A DNA stretch of 63,867 nucleotides, filler included, from Octopus bimaculoides (GCF_001194135.2; 7 parts of 7 records of this genome joined end to end with filler, not necessarily neighbours in it), one strand, 5' to 3'; numbered from the whole stretch's first letter, positions 26,527 to 40,740 are shown. Notes: generated from the sequence alone by a model not told the origin. A program made the numbers and translations.

Positions 26527-28119
26527 GTAAGTTAAAGAACAGACCCTAACTTTAATGATAGGCAATAATAATGAGCTAACCATTATTGGATAAGGGTAGG
26601 ATATGATATCATCATCATCATCGTCTTCTAATGTCCGCTTTCCATGCTGGCATGGGTTAGATGGTTTGACTGACAGCTGGCAAGCCAGAAGGCTGCACCA
26701 GGCTCCAATTTGATCTGGCAGAGTTTCTACAGCTGGATGACCTTCCTAATGTCAACCACTCTGAGAGTGTAGTGGGTGCTTTTTACATGTCAACGGCACA
26801 AGGGCTATCAGGCAGTACTGGCATCGACCACACTTGAATGATGCTTTTTGCATGCCACCGGCATGGGAGCCAGTCAGGTGGCACTGGCAACGACCATGCT
26901 TGAATGGCACTTTTTACATGCCACCGGAATGGGACCAGTCAGCTGGCACTGGCATCGAATACGCTTGAATGATACATTTGATGTGCCACCAGCACAGGAT
27001 CAGTCAGACGGCACTGGCATCAACTATGCTCAAATGGTGATTTTATCATGCCACCGGCATGGGTGGCAATTAGTCAGTACTGTCATTGGCCATGACAATG
27101 ACTTCACTTAACTCAACAGGTCTTTGCAAGTGCAGTTTATTACCCAATGATTGAAGGGTACTCTCAGATGGGCCAGTTATGCTGCACAAGTATAGGCCAA
27201 GGTTACGGTCTCACTTGGTTTGCCAGGTCTTCTCAAGCACAGCATATCTCCAAAGGTCTCGGTCACTTGTCATTGCCTCCATGAGGCCCAACGTTCAAAG
27301 GTCATGCTTCATCATCTCATCCCAGGTCTTCCTGGTCTACCTCTTCCACAGGTTCCCTTTACTGCTAGGGTGTGACACTTTTTCACACAGCTGATCTATT
27401 TTCACTAAATCACCAAACTACATATTAATGACTGCACAACACCATGTCTATTATGATGACCACAACCACTCTGCTGACCACTGCTACCTCAAAGATGACC
27501 AACACCATAATGATTGTGACTACCATACATCAACCAAAACTAAGATTCAGGAAATCACTTCATACTAGCTTGTCCTGCTAAATGTAGCAACCAAGTTTTC
27601 CTTCAAATTTCACATTACCACCACACTACCATCTTAAAGAACTAATGTTGGGGGTGTAGTTCTAAAAAAATGATGGGTTTCTTATGGGTGAAACATTTTT
27701 GATCTTAGGTCTACTTGATCATGGTATACCTAGAGTTAAGTAATAACAACAGCTTCCTAGGTCTAACCAACAATAGTATTATTCCCTTCAGGGGACTGTC
27801 ACATTAAGTTGACAGCATACAACTACTTCATCATATCACTACTGTATAAATCTCTCTGAGGGATTTAGAAATGTATTATTTCTAAATTTGAAATCAGTGA
27901 ATGTATTTCACTAGAATTATTATATGTTTACAAGAGCTTGACAGGCATCTTCGACTAGCAGGTCATGCTACTTCAGAGTTGAGTTTATGAGTTTGGATAT
28001 AGAGAACGTTGCATGTGGTGAGTTAAATTGTTTGTGAATTATTGAAATTGTTACAAAATATTGTTGACGATATTGTTAATCATTATTGTTGAACGTTATT
28101 TTGAAATTGGTGTACTACC

Positions 28120-28565
28120 CATTGTTGGGTATGGAAACAACGAGCTATGCTGAGGCAGCAGGCAAAAGCCTGTCTGTTGAAACAATGCAAATGATGGAGG
28201 TGAAGATAGACATTAACAAGGTTTTAAAACACAAGAAGATGATAGTGAAGGAAGGAGATTGTCTTAAGGTGACACCTCCCATAGAAGACACGCAACGCGC
28301 GGAAAGAAGAATGATAGTGTACAGAACACTAAACGTTGAAAGTAAGAAGGTAGAAATTGCAGCAACGGATGACATAGAAGAATGCTTCAGTGAAGTGAAG
28401 GAAATGACGACCTTCTATTCAAGAGGTAGAAAATACGGCACAGTGGAGGTGCAATTTAAGAACGAGGGGGATGCGAAAAAGCTCTCCACTGTGGCCTTGA
28501 GGACCACAAAGTGGGCACTCTTGCAAACTTACTGTGGAAGACATGCAGCGAGAATAAGTATAGGA
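28120..28565 (+). mobile_element. Tx1/L1-clade LINE ORF1 fragment (RRM-like)
   Basis: TTSYAEAAGK start motif, then RGRKYGTVEVQFKNEGDAKKL and TYCGRHAARISIG. Resembles ORF1 of Tx1-type elements; inference from motif style. Confidence 0.55.
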
Positions 28566-28805
28566 AGCCTGTCCAGTTCAACGAATACGGAACGCCAGTG
28601 GTACTGATTCGTAAAGCACATGCTTCAAGCAACCTGAAGCCCAAACTACGGATTTATGGTGACTACTCTGTAGGAATTAATGACCAACTTGCTGATCACC
28701 GTCATCCAATGCCACTCCCTGCTGAACTGATGCAGAAACTTGGAGGTGGATTCAGATATACAAAGATAGACCTTGCTGATGCCTATAATCAGATCAAGCT
28801 GGCTC
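28555..28805 (+). mobile_element. Ty3/Gypsy pol (reverse transcriptase) fragment
   Basis: PVQFNEYGTPVVLIRK...LRIYGDYSVGINDQL..HRHPMPLPAELMQKLGGG..YTKIDLADAYNQI matches Gypsy RT motifs (CGDY, KIDL.DAY.Q). Confidence 0.85.
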
Positions 28806-28905
28806 NNNNNNNNNNNNNNNNNNNNNNNNNNNNNNNNNNNNNNNNNNNNTTAATTAATTAANNNNNNNNNNNNNNNNNNNNNNNNNNNNNNNNNNNNNNN
28901 NNNNN

Positions 28906-28958
<53 letters not shown>

Positions 28959-29491
28959 GTAGATGTAATATAAAAAAACCCGGTATAAATATTTATTACG
29001 CAACTAGTAAAGAGTTAACGAAGCAGTAACACCAAGTCAGCTGTAAAATTACTGCAGTATATAAGTTTCAATTTTAACACTGTATCAACAAGAACTGCAT
29101 TGCGTTGTATGCAACAAATTCAAGTGCATATGTTAAATAACAATGCAAATGTGTGCAACTGCATTATCTAATCTACGACGTTTGCACATTTCGTTTCTTT
29201 ATGTTTGTGATGTTGTTTATTTTTCGTTAACACTAAAGCCAGACATGTTAAGATTTTTTTTTTATATCTTGCAAATGCATTTAAAAGACATATTTAGCTC
29301 TTTTATAACACTTATATCCGTTTATGTCTGTTTGCCTGTCTGTCTCTTTCCCTCTTTCTCTCTCTATTTTTTTCTTTCTTTTCTATTTCTCTACTCCCTC
29401 TCTCTCCCTCGCCCCCTCTCTCTCTCTCTCTCTCTCTCACATATACAGTGTCTCTGCCTCTCTGTAGACATACATGTCAACGTATGACTTT

Positions 29492-29533
<42 letters not shown>

Positions 29534-29788
29534 CGCATGTGTGTCTCTCTAAGTATGAACGCTTATAGTTATGTATGTAAGTATCTACGTTGCATGCATT
29601 GTAATTATATATAAGCATACACATCTAAACACACACACACACACACACACACAACGCGCGCACACATACACACACTGACACTCTTATTCTTTCTCATTTA
29701 TTATGTTTCTTAGGTTTATATGTGTGTGTGTGTGTGTGCAAGTATGTATACTTGGATAAAAATATATGCACATATTTTTAATGCGTAG

Positions 29789-29857
<69 letters not shown>

Positions 29858-30364
29858 CATACATGTATACATGCATATACATATCCTTGTACATTTATAT
29901 ACACAAATAAAATATGTATGCATGTGTATGTATATAAATATGTATATATATATATATNNNNNNNNNNNNNNNNNNNNNNNNNNNNNNNNNNNNNNNNNNN
30001 NNNNNNNNNNNNNNNNNNNNNNNNNNNNNNNNNNNNNNNNNNNNNNNNNNNNNNNNNNNNNNNNNNNNNNNNNNNNNNNNNNNNNNNNNNNNNNNNNNNN
30101 NNNNNNNNNNNNNNNNNNNNNNNNNNNNNNNNNNNNNNNNNNNNNNNNNNNNNNNNNNNNNNNNNNNNNNNNNNNNNNNNNNNNNNNNNNNNNNNNNNNN
30201 NNNNNNNNNNNNNNNNNNNNNNNNNNNNNNNNNNNNNNNNNNNNNNNNNNNNNNNNNNNNNNNNNNNNNNNNNNNNNNNNNNNNNNNNNNNNNNNNNNNN
30301 NNNNNNNNNNNNNNNNNNNNNNNNNNNNNNNNNNNNNNNNNNNNNNNNNNNNNNNNNNNNNNNN

Positions 30365-30405
<41 letters not shown>

Positions 30406-31420
30406 ATACACGCACACACACAAATATATATGTATATATGCGAGTATATATGTATGCATATGTATGTATAAATACGTTTGTGTGTGTGTGTGCATATATA
30501 TATATATCGTTGCTATTATGCAAAAGTGTCCAAAACGTTGCTTTTTCAGTAAACAGAAAAATAGTTTCACCATTCCATAGCAAAACCATTGTACTACACT
30601 TTGGCAATTTTTGATATCTAAAGTAGCTGGAGATATGATAGTTTGACCAAAAGAAACCGCTATAGCAAGCAAAGATAAATATTGAAAATAAAATGCATTT
30701 GGCCAAATTTGGACATACGACAGTTTAACATGATAGCAACGATATGTAATATATACTTGTGTGTATAGGAATATTCCGTGGTTTTATCGAAAATACATTT
30801 TTGTATAAAACGACAAGAGAGACCGATCAACGATTGTGAAAATTATTGGAGTTAGAGTGATAATATCTATATACATATATGAGAAAATTCAAATAAATAA
30901 GGAGAATTATGCATCTTTGCAGTTTTTAATGTAACAATGATTTTGCAGCTCATTTGATTTAAACGTCTGTCCGTCATATGTTTCTGCTGCGCGGATAGCT
31001 CGGAATATGGTCTTCGCCTGCATCCTGTTTGCTCATCTGCATCCAAATTTCATTCAGGTTGTAAAACGTTCTCTATGCACCTTTATTCAAGGTGTTTCCA
31101 CTATTGAAGATCGAAATGAACAGACTGTAGCAGCAGAGGGACGCTCGGGAGTCTTTATATGGATGTGCGGTCCGGTCCAACTTAAAATAGTGGCTCCTAA
31201 ACAGTGCGACGGAAGAGGATGGCAGGTGAGGCGGAATGATTGAAAGATAATCAAAGATTTAGAAACTGTTTCAAAAAATTCATATACCAAAATTTAAAAT
31301 ATCATTGGACTCTTTTTGGATATACAAGAAGCAATATTCATATTTCTCTTCAAAAGCATAATCCATATATATATATATATATGTGTATATATGTGTGTAT
31401 ATGTATACGTAGGTACAAAC

Positions 31421-31475
<55 letters not shown>

Positions 31476-32316
31476 GTGTATGTATATATGGTATATATGT
31501 TATGCATCATAGCGTATCTGTTGCAGTCATTAAACTTATGCAGTTTCTCAGACGCAGCAACGCAGTTTTTTTGCATCATCATCATCATCATCACCACTGC
31601 CAGCACCGCAGCCGCCGCCTTCACAACTGCCACCCCAGTTAATCAACTTTTGTAATCGTTCTAACCAGACATCATAGCTTTTGCACCCTCCCAACTTAAC
31701 CCATACACGCAAATACTCACATACATACATACATACATACATACGTACGTACGTAAACACAGACATACACACACACGTTGGTACACACATATACCCCGGT
31801 ACAAGCTCTCCTACACGCACTCTCTCTCTCATGCACATACTCTCACGGAAATTCATGTACAAGCACATACACACACACTTATACACATACACAAACGTGT
31901 ATTTCCATACGTTCATACACACATCATATATATATATATATATANNNNNNNNNNTATACGTATATACAAACATACATTCATGCACCTTTCCTCCCTCTCA
32001 CCCTCTCACTGTATCTTTTTATGTCCTCCTCTCATCAGCATATCTACTCCTCCTGTCACTCTTGCTACTCCAATAGTCCAGTGTTTTTTTTTTTAAATAT
32101 TTTATTGTTTCTTATTGTTTATATTATTTTATTTTATCTATTTTATGTTTTGGTTCGCTGCTATTGTTTCTACTCCGCCTCGACACTACATTTACACAAA
32201 TATATATACATACATACACACACACACATACAGACACACACGTACGCACACATACGCACATATGTACATACATACATACATGCATACATATATATATACA
32301 TACACACACACACACG

Positions 32317-32358
<42 letters not shown>

Positions 32359-32439
32359 TTGAAACATACATACATGAACATTATATACATATACACGTAT
32401 TTAGGTGCTGGTGTACATATATACACACACATATAAATG

Positions 32440-32487
<48 letters not shown>

Positions 32488-33606
32488 CGCATAATATATT
32501 ACATAAATATACGTTTGTATATATATATATNNNNNNNNNNNNNNNNNNNNNNNNNNNNNNNNNNNNNNNNNNNNNNNNNNNNNNNNNNNNNNNNNNNNNN
32601 NNNNNNNNNNNNNNNNNNNNNNNNNNNNNNNNNNNNNNNNNNNNNNNNNNNNNNNNNNNNNNNNNNNNNNNNNNNNNNNNNNNNNNNNNNNNNNNNNNNN
32701 NNNNNNNNNNNNNNNNNNNNNNNNNNNNNNNNNNNNNNNNNNNNNNNNNNNNNNNNNNNNNNNNNNNNNNNNNNNNNNNNNNNNNNNNNNNNNNNNNNNN
32801 NNNNNNNNNNNNNNNNNNNNNNNNNNNNNNNNNNNNNNNNNNNNNNNNNNNNNNNNNNNNNNNNNNNNNNNNNNNNNNNNNNNNNNNNNNNNNNNNNNNN
32901 NNNNNNNNNNNNNNNNNNNNNNNNNNNNNNNNNNNNNNNNNNNNNNNNNNNNNNNNNNNNNNNNNNNNNNNNNNNNNNNNNNNNNNNNNNNNNNNNNNNN
33001 NNNNNNNNNNNNNNNNNNNNNNNNNNNNNNNNNNNNNNNNNNNNNNNNNNNNNNNNNNNNNNNNNNNNNNNNNNNNNNNNNNNNNNNNNNNNNNNNNNNN
33101 NNNNNNNNNNNNNNNNNNNNNNNNNNNNNNNNNNNNNNNNNNNNNNNNNNNNNNNNNNNNNNNNNNNNNNNNNNNNNNNNNNNNNNNNNNNNNNNNNNNN
33201 NNNNNNNNNNNNNNNNNNNNNNNNNNNNNNNNNNNNNNNNNNNNNNNNNNNNNNNNNNNNNNNNNNNNNNNNNNNNNNNNNNNNNNNNNNNNNNNNNNNN
33301 NNNNNNNNNNNNNNNNNNNNNNNNNNNNNNNNNNNNNNNNNNNNNNNNNNNNNNNNNNNNNNNNNNNNNNNNNNNNNNNNNNNNNNNNNNNNNNNNNNNN
33401 NNNNNNNNNNNNNNNNNNNNNNNNNNNNNNNCTTCTTCTTCTTCTTCTTCTTCTTCTTCTTCTTCTTCTTCTTCTTCTTCTTCGTCTGTCGCAATTGTCC
33501 AATTTAGCCTTAACCTTCCGAGTGTGTTTTTCTTCTTCTTCAGTCATGTGATATTACACAACTCCAACACACGCGCGCGCACACACACACATACACACAT
33601 ATGAAC

Positions 33607-33650
<44 letters not shown>

Positions 33651-34012
33651 ACATATGAACACACGCACACACACACACACAAGGAAACACTCACAAGAAA
33701 CACACATAAACACAGACAAATACAAACACGCATGCAAGCAAGCATGCTCGCATGTACAAACACACACACACACACACAGACACACACACACACTTGCGCA
33801 CACACACACGCACAAAGAACACACACAAACACACATAAACACATACAGACAAATACAAACACACATGCATGCATGTGGAAACATGCGCGCGCACGGTCGC
33901 ACATTCAAACACACGCAAGTACATAGTTACATATCTGTGCAGACATGTTGAATGAAGTGTTTATGTGTGTGCACGGGTGTACCTCATACACACGCACACA
34001 ATATATGCCTGA

Positions 34013-34060
<48 letters not shown>

Positions 34061-34199
34061 NNNNNNNNNNNNNNNNNNNNNNNNNNNNNNNNNNNNNNNN
34101 NNNNNNNNNNNNNNNNNNNNNNNNNNNNNNNNNNNNNNNAGATATAGATATACACGTACCCTCACAGGAATATGTGTGCGAGATTTGTCTTTCGTCCTG

Positions 34200-34259
<60 letters not shown>

Positions 34260-34260
34260 A

Positions 34261-34306
<46 letters not shown>

Positions 34307-34613
34307 GTTTGCCTGTCTGTCTGTCCGTCTGTCTGTCCGTCTGTCTGTCTGTCTGTATATTTAGAGAGAGACGCACAGATAGATCGATAGATATATAAAT
34401 CTCCCACACTCTCTCTCTCACGCACACACACACACGTACGAACACACACACACACACACACACACACACATTTGATAATCCAAAATACTTTGACGACATA
34501 TTGACAGACGTAGTTAATTGAGAAGCGTTTGTATCGTATAAAGAATAAATTGGTGTAATATGATAGACTATTGAAATAATTTCGCTGCATTCAGTTAAAT
34601 CCTGTCTCCTCAG

Positions 34614-34756
34614 GAACTCCCACGAAGATCTTCAACATCTTTTACAGTCCAAGACAGTATTTTCTCGTTTCTCCATTTCTTCTTAAAGAGATTAATTTCT
34701 ACAAGGGTGTGGCTTCCAAACAGATCTGTGTGTGTGCCTCGGCTGTCCGATGTTAG
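34614..34756 (+). other. Candidate terminal coding exon, copy 1 of a diverged duplicate pair
   Basis: CCTGTCTCCTCAG acceptor, phase 1, open to TAG: GTPTKIFNIFYSPRQYFLVSPFLLKEINFYKGVASKQICVCASAVRC*. Homologous to 36447-36586. Confidence 0.35.
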
Positions 34757-35689
34757 GCGGAAACGAGTTCAAGGTCCAGTTATTCAGATATATTTCAGAA
34801 GTGTTATCTAAGGGCAGTGGCGCACTGGGTTGTGGCACGAAGGGCTCACGCGTTTTGCGGCTCAGTTTTGATCTATACATGCTGTGGGTTGCTGTCGATA
34901 AATAAATACTTTAGGGCTCATTGCATTAATTTACGGGCGGGGTGGCGCTCAATTGTCTTAGGGCCCAATTCTAATGTGCGTAGGTAGTAAAAAAAAGTAA
35001 ACGTAAATGTTACCTTTTTGAGTCATGCTGACCCATAAGGGTCGCTTTTCCCGGTTTCCATGGCGTATAAATTCCCTACTTGGACGAGAGGCTGGTCCGT
35101 CGCAGGGCTACTCCTTTTTGCCAGCTGAGTGGGCTGGAGTAACGTGGAACAAAGTGTTTTGCGCATGAACACAATGCGTCTCCCGGCCCAGGAATTGAAA
35201 CCACAATCTTACGATCACGAGTCCAACATCGTAACCACTGGGTCACAAACCTCCACAATACTATAAGGCCTAAGGGCGGCGAGCTGGTAGAACCGTTAGC
35301 ACGCCGGGCGAAATGCTTAGCGGTATTTCGTCTGCCGTTACGTTCTGAGTTCAAATTCCGCTGAGGTCGACTTTCATNNNNNNNNNNGCGGTATTTCGTC
35401 TGCCGTTACGTTCTGAGTTCAAATTCCGCTGAGGTCGACTTTCATCCTTTCGGGGTCGATTAAATAAGTACCACTTACGCACTGGGATCAATGTAACCTA
35501 TTTAATCCCTTTGATTGTACTTGTTTGTCCTCTCTATGTTTAGCCCCCTGTGGGCAATAAAGAAATAAATAATATAAGGCCTAGTGCATTTGTTGGCCCG
35601 AGATCCTCACCTGACAAAAAGCCCCAATTCTAGTGCATGAGTACTGTAGCTTGCTGTCAATAAATAAATACTATAGGGTTCGGGGCGTT

Positions 35690-35815
35690 GATTTACCTGG
35701 GGGCCCCTGTTGCATCGGTCCTGCAGTTTTTCGAAGCCCTGTAAAAGAACTCGGAAGGTTGGGCCTCCAACCAGGTCATTCGCGATACCCTGGAACTTTA
35801 CAACGCCCCCTCTTA
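35690..35815 (-). mobile_element. Internally deleted mariner remnant
   Basis: Minus strand TAAGAGGGGGCGTTGTAAAGTTCC (mariner-like TIR) followed by the C-terminal-like peptide QGFEKLQDRC. Confidence 0.5.
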
Positions 35816-36446
35816 CAAGTACACATGCAGACACACTGTCACACGCATACACATATGTATACAAGCATTTACACACACACACACACACGCATCTCTTTAC
35901 AGTTGTGGCCGTCTATTCAGTTTCAAGTATAACCACTTCCTCATTGCAGACGTATGTTTGAAACATGCTTTCCCATCGTGTTCCCTCAGGTAGCTATTCA
36001 ATTTTGATTTTATTAAAATTTATTGATGACCAATGTAGCACATAATTTGCTCCAGAATTACACCCACAGTAGCTCTTTCCTCTATTATGACAGTATCGAC
36101 CAGACTATCAGATATTGTTACACATCGCTGGTCACATTACGCTTCCTCGCTTCGTTGCAACTTCCGAATGACGTCACCCTGGTGACCTAGAGTGTAGGCC
36201 AACGCTCTTCCTGAACGGAACACCAGTCCGTGCCAGAATTATTCGTTTACGGCTGAGCGAACAGAAACTACGTGAAATAACGTGTTGTGCTCAATAAATA
36301 ACACAACGCAACACAGTCTGGGAATCGAAACCACAATCTTGTGATCGTGAGTGCCACACTCTCACCACCAGGCCACGTAACTTCACCTATTACATCGAAA
36401 ATAATTTGATGTAATATGATAGAGTGTTTCAACACTTTTGCTATAG

Positions 36447-36586
36447 GAGTGAACTGTCCACAGCAGTTGTCTAATGTTGCGCCTTCTACATTCTTTGATT
36501 GTGTTGTCCTATTTGTTCTTTACGAGATTGTCTTCTACAAGTGTTTGGCTTCAAGGCAGAACTCTATGTCAAGGCTGTCTACGTAA
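36447..36586 (+). other. Candidate terminal coding exon, copy 2
   Basis: CACTTTTGCTATAG acceptor, phase 1, open to TAA: GVNCPQQLSNVAPSTFFDCVVLFVLYEIVFYKCLASRQNSMSRLST*. Confidence 0.35.
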
Positions 36587-39067
36587 AGCGGAAATGAGTT
36601 CAAGGTCCTGATACTCGGTCATGTTTGCTACATGTTTTTTTCTTTTTCTCGCGTTGCTAAAGAAACGTGAAGATATTTGAATAAAGCATGTTGGCTTGGC
36701 AGTGCATATCACAAAGTGTGTATGTCATTGTTCAGTTTTATTTCAAGATTTCTTGCCAATAGAGAAAGAGCCGGTTTCTAACCTAGATCCAAGGCTCCTT
36801 CATTGGAATTTCAACAGCAACAACAAGACGGGATTCCACAACGCTTCCGTTTGCCAAATTCACTCAAAAAGCGTTAGTCAACTCAAGCCTTATCATAGAA
36901 GACGCATGCCCATGTTTCCGCGCAGTTGGAATGAACCCGAAACCATGTGATTGCAAAACGAGCTTCTAAACCATACAGCCAGATCTGCACCTACCTCAAT
37001 ATTCTTCCTTATAACATTTTGTTACCCTTTAACCCAAGTGAATAACCTTTATCCAAACGTCATGTCATGTCATGCCACATCCTGGCCCATATCTGTCCAT
37101 TTCCATTCACCTAGAAAATGTTCGTCTTATGATATGATAACTAAAATAAAATAATATAAATATAATAATATAACATAAACTGTACACATAATGATATATG
37201 TTGAGTTTTTGTTGTTTTTTTTTACAATGTTGGGCAGACCTGATTCTTTCAGCAGACGCCGAATATAATTTATTTAAGTAGAACAGATTATGTAGCTTGG
37301 TCTCATCGATCACATAGCCATTTCCCCCGAGTTTAATGCAGTAATAATCCAGGATGATTAATAATACTGCAAGAGAAGTTCTATCGGAAAATTCCATTCC
37401 GGATGCAATTCATTTCGATTGTCACGACAACCTTGCTTTCGTTAAAAACCAGCAACAGCAGCAGCATACGTCTTTGGCCGGATTTATTAATTCCAGAAAT
37501 ATATAGAGTCACACGAGTTCTCTGTATTTTTGATAAATTGCTTTAAAATGACACTTAAGGTTTTCCGTTGTTTCAGGAATAGTGATTCACTGAGATTTGC
37601 TGCATCTATGCAATTCGCCACCTTTTTTTTAGAAAAAAAAAAAGACGTATCAGAAATCTCACATTCCCCATGGCTGTCCTCTTGATAAGATGTCCCTCTT
37701 TGCAAAATTTTAGCGTCCTCTGTGCAATGCAACACTGCAGTCTATCACTTGGAGCATACAAACATACACGCGTACATGTGTGGTGGCTGTCAATTCATAG
37801 ACGACTTTGACCATCGCTGACAAATTATTTTATCCTGAATGTTAAAGTGAATGTCTGTCAGCAACACCCGTGTGGAAATTGAAAGTCAATAACAGGTTGC
37901 ACAACACTGCTAAGAGTCTCACCTACAAAATGAAGTCTCACTTAAAAACAAGCAAGAACTAGATCGTCAGCTTCACAATGAGGTAGATGCTATTTCGGAA
38001 TTTCGTTCTCTTAGGGAGATGTCTAAACACAGACTAAAGTGTCTCTTATTCTCAACGGTTGACCGTTGACTCTGTTGAATCAATCGGTGCTTTGATCGGA
38101 TTTGCTTACCATCCCGCAGAGTGTTCAGTGTGTTGAGCGAAGAACCGCCTTCCTGTCCAAGAAGGCTTGATAGGGACAAGGATAACCAATGATAACCTTA
38201 ACACACAAATAGAGAAATTTTATCCACCAATGCTGTGGATTGAGCACTCATTCTCATTATTCGACATTTACGTGTATATATATATATATATATATATATN
38301 NNNNNNNNNNNNNNNNNNNNNNNNNNNNNNNNNNNNNNNNNNNNNNNNNNNNNNNNNNNNNNNNNNNNNNNNNNNNNNNNNNNNNNNNNNNNNNNNNNNN
38401 NNNNNNNNNNNNNNNNNNNNNNNNNNNNNNNNNNNNNNNNNNNNNNNNNNNNNNNNNNNNNNNNNNNNNNNNNNNNNNNTATATAAATGCATATACATAC
38501 ATACATACATACATATATATATATAAATATGTTCAAAATGGTTGAACTCGAGGTCAAGTAGGCAACGTTAGGGTTTGAACCCAAAAGGCAAAGAACTAAA
38601 AACAAGTACCAAAGGATATTCCGTCCGACCTTCTAACGATTCTGCCAATTCACTACACTTTATTTACCGGCCCGGGAAGGAAGAAAGGCAACGGTAACCT
38701 CGTTGGGGTATGAACTCAGAATGCAAAGAACTAAAACAAATACCAAAAGACATTCCATTCGGCCTTCTTAACAATTCTGCCAGTCTACTTTACAAAACTG
38801 GTGTATTATATTATTTATCGATCCCGAATGGAAGCAAAGAAAATATCTCGACGATATTTGAACGATAAACAAAGAAAAAGAAAGAAAAGAGAAAAAGCAA
38901 TAATTAATCGCAACGAATTTCGTCCGATGCGCAGACGACTCTGCCGATTTACTACCGCTCCGTCACCGTTTGGTGCTGTCATATGATAAACAATTTACAA
39001 GAACGAGAATTCAGATATAGCAATAAAACGTTCAAATAACTATTAACACCACCAACTGGCAAATATG

Positions 39068-39101
<34 letters not shown>

Positions 39102-40020
39102 TATGCAGGGCAGGGAATCGTCAATTAGTAATAAAATTAATAATTAACAATTTTGCCGGGTAGCTCAGTATGAAAAAACCTTTTTCGGTAAAAAACATTT
39201 ATAATCATAAATATATAGGGATTGACAGTAACCTGCTTCTCCAACATACTGAGAATTCAGAAATAGCAGTCAAAGAACTACTGATTTCAAAACTACAAAT
39301 TATTACTCTAGATTGATAGCGATATTTTTGATACACACAGAACNNNNNNNNNNNNNNNNNNNNNNNNNNNNNNNNNNNNNNNNNNNNNNNNNNNNNNNNN
39401 NNNNNNNNNNNNNNNNNNNNNNNNNNNNNNNNNNNNNNNNNNNNNNNNNNNNNNNNNNNNNNNNNNNNNNNNNNNNNNNNNNNNNNNNNNNNNNNNNNNN
39501 NNNNNNNNNNNNNNNNNNNNNNNNNNNNNNNNNNNNNNNNNNNNNNNNNNNNNNNNNNNNNNNNNNNNNNNNNNNNNNNNNNNNNNNNNNNNNNNNNNNN
39601 NNNNNNNNNNNNNNNNNNNNNNNNNNNNNNNNNNNNNNNNNNNNNNNNNNNNNNNNNNNNNNNNNNNNNNNNNNNNNNNNNNNNNNNNNNNNNNNNNNNN
39701 NNNNNNNNNNNNNNNNNNNNNNNNNNNNNNNNNNNNNNNNNNNNNNNNNNNNNNNNNNNNNNNNNNNNNNNNNNNNNNNNNNNNNNNNNNNNNNNNNNNN
39801 NNNNNNNNNNNNNNNNNNNNNNNNNNNNNNNNNNNNNNNNNNNNNNNNNNNNNNNNNNNNNNNNNNNNNNNNNNNNNNNNNNNNNNNNNNNNNNNNNNNN
39901 NNNNNNNNNNNNNNNNNNNNNNNNNNNNNNNNNNNNNNNNNNNNNNNNNNNNNNNNNNNNNNNNNNNNNNNNNNNNNNNNNNNNNNNNNNNNNNNNNNNN
40001 NNNNNNNNNNNNNNNNNNNN

Positions 40021-40070
<50 letters not shown>

Positions 40071-40740
40071 ATATGCAGATATGGGTGTATATGCATGTAT
40101 ATAAGTATGTTAAACTGAGTCTGGTGAGTTTGAAGAGTTGAAGATATTGAGACATCTGTACGCCACTGGATTTAAGTGACAAGCATTACACGATAACTGG
40201 TTCTGTTTTGACTGCAAGTTTTATATCAGTGTATCAGTCACCGAGAAGAGCTGCCTCCCCACGGTCTTGCACCTAGGGGTTTGCACCTGGAAATTTTCCC
40301 CTCCGAAACATAAGTCCAGACAGTGCTGATTGTGGAAGACCAGCAATCGTCCATGCATACCAGTCTCCCCTCTCCTCGCTGCCATTGTAGTTCATGGCCG
40401 ATACAGCTTGGCACAAGTGACATCGCAACTTATTTCTACAGATGAGTGAACTGGAGCAATGTGAAATAAAGTGTCTTGCTCAAGAACACAACACACAGCC
40501 CTGTCCGGGATCACTATTATAAGCCTGATGCTGTTACCACTGAGCCATGTACCTTCACACACACGCGCGCGCGCATGCACATACGCACGTACACACACAC
40601 ATTTCTCGAAGGATAAAGAGAAAACGAATCATATAAATGCTTATTCCTGTGACCTGTGTATTTTGAATTCCATTCCTACTTCTTATTATCACTGGGAAAG
40701 GAAATCAAAAAAGAATTTTACCATTTCTGCCAAGAATCGC

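Noticed and set aside
27430-27530. Minus-strand IIMVLVIFEVAVV as the missing tetraspanin TM3 exon
   Set aside because: No usable splice sites; looks like decayed (GAT/GTG)n low-complexity sequence.
29766-34590. Many long ORFs in the track (YIYI, HTHT, VCVC, LSIY, poly-X)
   Set aside because: They are translations of (AT)n, (AC)n, (ATAC)n and (ATCT)n microsatellites and of N gaps.
35320-35450. Exact tandem duplication either side of a 10-N gap
   Set aside because: Typical unmerged contig overlap in a SINE; likely artefact.
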